A DNA stretch of 64,000 nt from the NCBI GenBank assembly GCA_964016885.1, contig OZ024742.1:372434001-372498000 (forward strand). Direction: 5' to 3'. The notes under the pieces are model-generated. The model did not search any database. It was not told where the DNA came from and saw nothing but the letters and a program-made list of their open reading frames with translations. Source of the stretch: Eledone cirrhosa. Lineage: Eukaryota. The number at the start of each line of letters is the position of its first letter. The stretch's first letter is position 1. This document shows positions 62,001 through 64,000 of this stretch, in pieces. Position numbers and translations under genes: made by a program.

Positions 62001-64000
62001 AAATCTCTTTCTATATAAACTGTAAATCTCATTCTATATAAACTGTAAATCTCTTTCTATATAAACTGTAAATCTCATTCTATATAAACTGTAAATCTCA
62101 TTCTATATAAACTGTAAATCTCATTCTATAAACTGTAAATCTCTTTCTATATAAACTGTAAATCTCATTCTATATAAGCTGTAAATCTCATTCTATTAAC
62201 TGTAAATCTCATTCTATATAAACTGTAAATCTCATTCTATATAAACTGTATATATCATTCTATAAACTGTAAATCTCTTTCTATATAAACTGTAAATCTC
62301 ATTCTATAAACTGTAAATCTCGTTCTATATAAACTGTAAATCTCTTTCCATATGAACTGTAAATCTCTTTCTATATAAACTCTGAATCTCATTCTATATA
62401 AGCTGTAAATCTCATTCTATGAACTGTAAATCTCTTTCTATATAAACTGTAAATCTCATTCTATATAAACTGTGAATCTCTTTCTATATAAACTGTAAAT
62501 TTTATTCTATAAACTGTAAATCTCTTTCTATATAAACTGTAAATATCATTCTATATAAACTGTAAATCTCTTTCTATATAAACTGTAAATCTGATTCTAT
62601 ATAAACTGTGAATCTCATTCTATAAACTGTAAATCTCTTTCTATATAAACTGTAAATATCATTCTATATACACTGTAAATCTCTTTCTATATAAACTGTA
62701 AATCTCATTCTATATAAACTGTAAATCTCATTCTATAAACTGTAAATCTCTTTCTATATAAACTGTAAATCTCGTTCTATATAAGCTGTAAATCTCATTC
62801 TATAAACTGTAAATCTCTTTCTATATAAACTGTAAATCTCATTCTATATTAACTGTATATATCATTCTATAAACTGTAAATCTCATTCTATAAACTGTAA
62901 ATCTCTTTCTATATAAACTGTAAATCTCATTCTATATAAACTGTAAATCTCTTTCTATATGAAATGTAAATCTCATTATATATAAATTGTAAATCTCATT
63001 CTATAAACTGTGAATCTCATTCTATATAAACTGTAAATCTCATTCTATATACACTGTAAATCTCTTTCTATATAAACTGTAAATCTCATTCTATATAAAC
63101 TGTTAATCTCATTCTATAAACTGTAAATCTCTTTCTATATAAACTGTAAATCTCATTCTATATAAGCTGTAAATCTCATTCTATGAACTGTAAATCTCTT
63201 TCTATATAAACTGTAAATCTCATTCTATATAAACTGTATATATCATTCTATAAACTGTAACTCTCATTCTATAAACTGTAAATCTCGTTCTATATAAACT
63301 GTAAATCTCTTTCCATATGAACTGTAAATCTCTTTCTATATAAACTCTGAATCTCATTCTATATAAGCTGTAAATCTCATTCTATGATCTGTAAATCTCT
63401 TTCTATATAAACTGTAAATCTCATTCTATATAAACTGTGAATCTCTTTCTATATAAACTGTAAATTTCATTCTATAAACTGTAAATCTCTTTCTATATAA
63501 ACTGTAAATCTCATTCTATATAAACTGTAAATCTCTTTCTATATAAACTGTAAATATCATTCTATATAAACTGTGAATCTCATTCTATAAACTGTAAATC
63601 TCTTTCTATATAAACTGTAAATATCATTCTATATACACTGTAAATCTCTTTCTATATAAACTGTAAATCTCATTCTATATAAACTGTAAATCTCATTCTA
63701 TAAACTGTAAATCTCTTTCTATATAAACTGTAAATCTCGTTCTATATAAGCTGTAAATCTCATTCTATAAACTGTAAATCTCTTTCTATATAAACTGTAA
63801 ATCTCATTCTATATAAACTGTATATATCATTCTATAAACTGTAAATCTCATTCTATAAACTGTAAATCTCTTTCTATATAAACTGTAAATCTCATTCTAT
63901 ATAAACTGTAAATCTCTTTCTATATGAACTGTAAATCTCATTATATATAAACTGTAAATCTCATTCTATAAACTGTGAATCTCATTCTATATAAACTGTA
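59080..64000. repeat. Near-identical copy of ~44,960-49,883 (offset 14,117 bp)
   Basis: The offset is a constant 14117 for TTTCCATAT (45000/59117), CATGCTATAG (45515/59632 and 47602/61719), AAATTTTATTC (48383/62500) and ATGAAATGT (48844/62961). Confidence 0.9.

Larger units (their letters stand above)
1..64000. repeat. AT-rich tandem satellite array, 23/21-bp monomer AAACTGTAAATCTC[A/T]TTCTAT(AT), single orientation, running off both window edges
   Basis: CTGT recurs at 16, 39 and 62 (23-bp period), with interspersed 21-bp copies that lack one AT. The same monomer continues without a break to 64000. The consensus has 9A/9T/4C/1G. Confidence 0.99.

Noticed and set aside
1-64000. CRISPR array (repeat length in the 21-23 bp range)
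   Set aside because: The monomers abut directly with no unique spacers, and there is no leader or cas gene.
1-64000. Repetitive protein-coding ORF (e.g. minus-strand frame R-M-R-F-T-V-Y from 21-mers)
   Set aside because: The 23-bp monomers shift the frame. The + strand has two TAA per monomer and the - strand has TAG and TGA, so every frame closes within a few monomers.
1-64000. Telomerase-synthesised long telomeric repeat (yeast-type 21-25 bp units)
   Set aside because: Rare variants are inherited in multi-kilobase blocks, which indicates DNA-level duplication rather than repeated copying of one RNA template. The array is also very long and lacks G-runs.
1-64000. Variant monomers as an information-storing code or diversity cassette
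   Set aside because: The variants are 1-3 bp changes whose order is explained by block duplication. There is no associated enzyme gene or acquired foreign sequence in the window.
1-64000. Pure sequencing artefact (rolling-circle concatemer or polymerase stutter)
   Set aside because: Identical rare variants recur at many different nested offsets with domain-specific repertoires, which a single-period concatemer or random error would not give. Local mis-assembly remains possible.
1-64000. Embedded transposon, inversion or unique island
   Set aside because: Reading through the window, I found no non-monomer stretch and no reverse-complement monomer (ATAGAATGAGATTTACAGTTT) on the + strand.
1-64000. 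Plasmid or phage iterons (~22-bp direct repeats at a replication origin)
   Set aside because: Iteron clusters contain a handful of copies next to a rep gene, not thousands of copies over 64 kb.

Overview
The whole 64-kb window is one uninterrupted, head-to-tail, single-orientation AT-rich tandem satellite array of roughly 2,850-2,900 monomers (estimated as 64,000 bp / ~22.3 bp). The consensus monomer is AAACTGTAAATCTC[A/T]TTCTAT(AT), 23 bp with a frequent 21-bp form, about 22% GC, with G almost absent from the + strand. I found no gene, RNA gene, transposon, CRISPR spacer, unique insert or inversion. The structure is hierarchical: possible 7-bp subunits, then 21/23-bp monomers, then a loose 67-bp trimer (T23-A23-A21), then kilobase-scale duplicated blocks. 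I traced these blocks by hand from rare variant monomers, with offsets of 854, 1363, 1750, 1930, 1953, 2087, 2378, 2755, 3313, 3502, 3611, 4167, ~5900, 10751, 13134 and 14117 bp. The array splits into three domains with different variant sets. It looks most like eukaryotic heterochromatic satellite DNA (centromeric, pericentromeric or subtelomeric), but I cannot identify the organism or function. I found no evidence for a new protein-based system, and the functional ideas below are explicitly speculative. Block boundaries are approximate.
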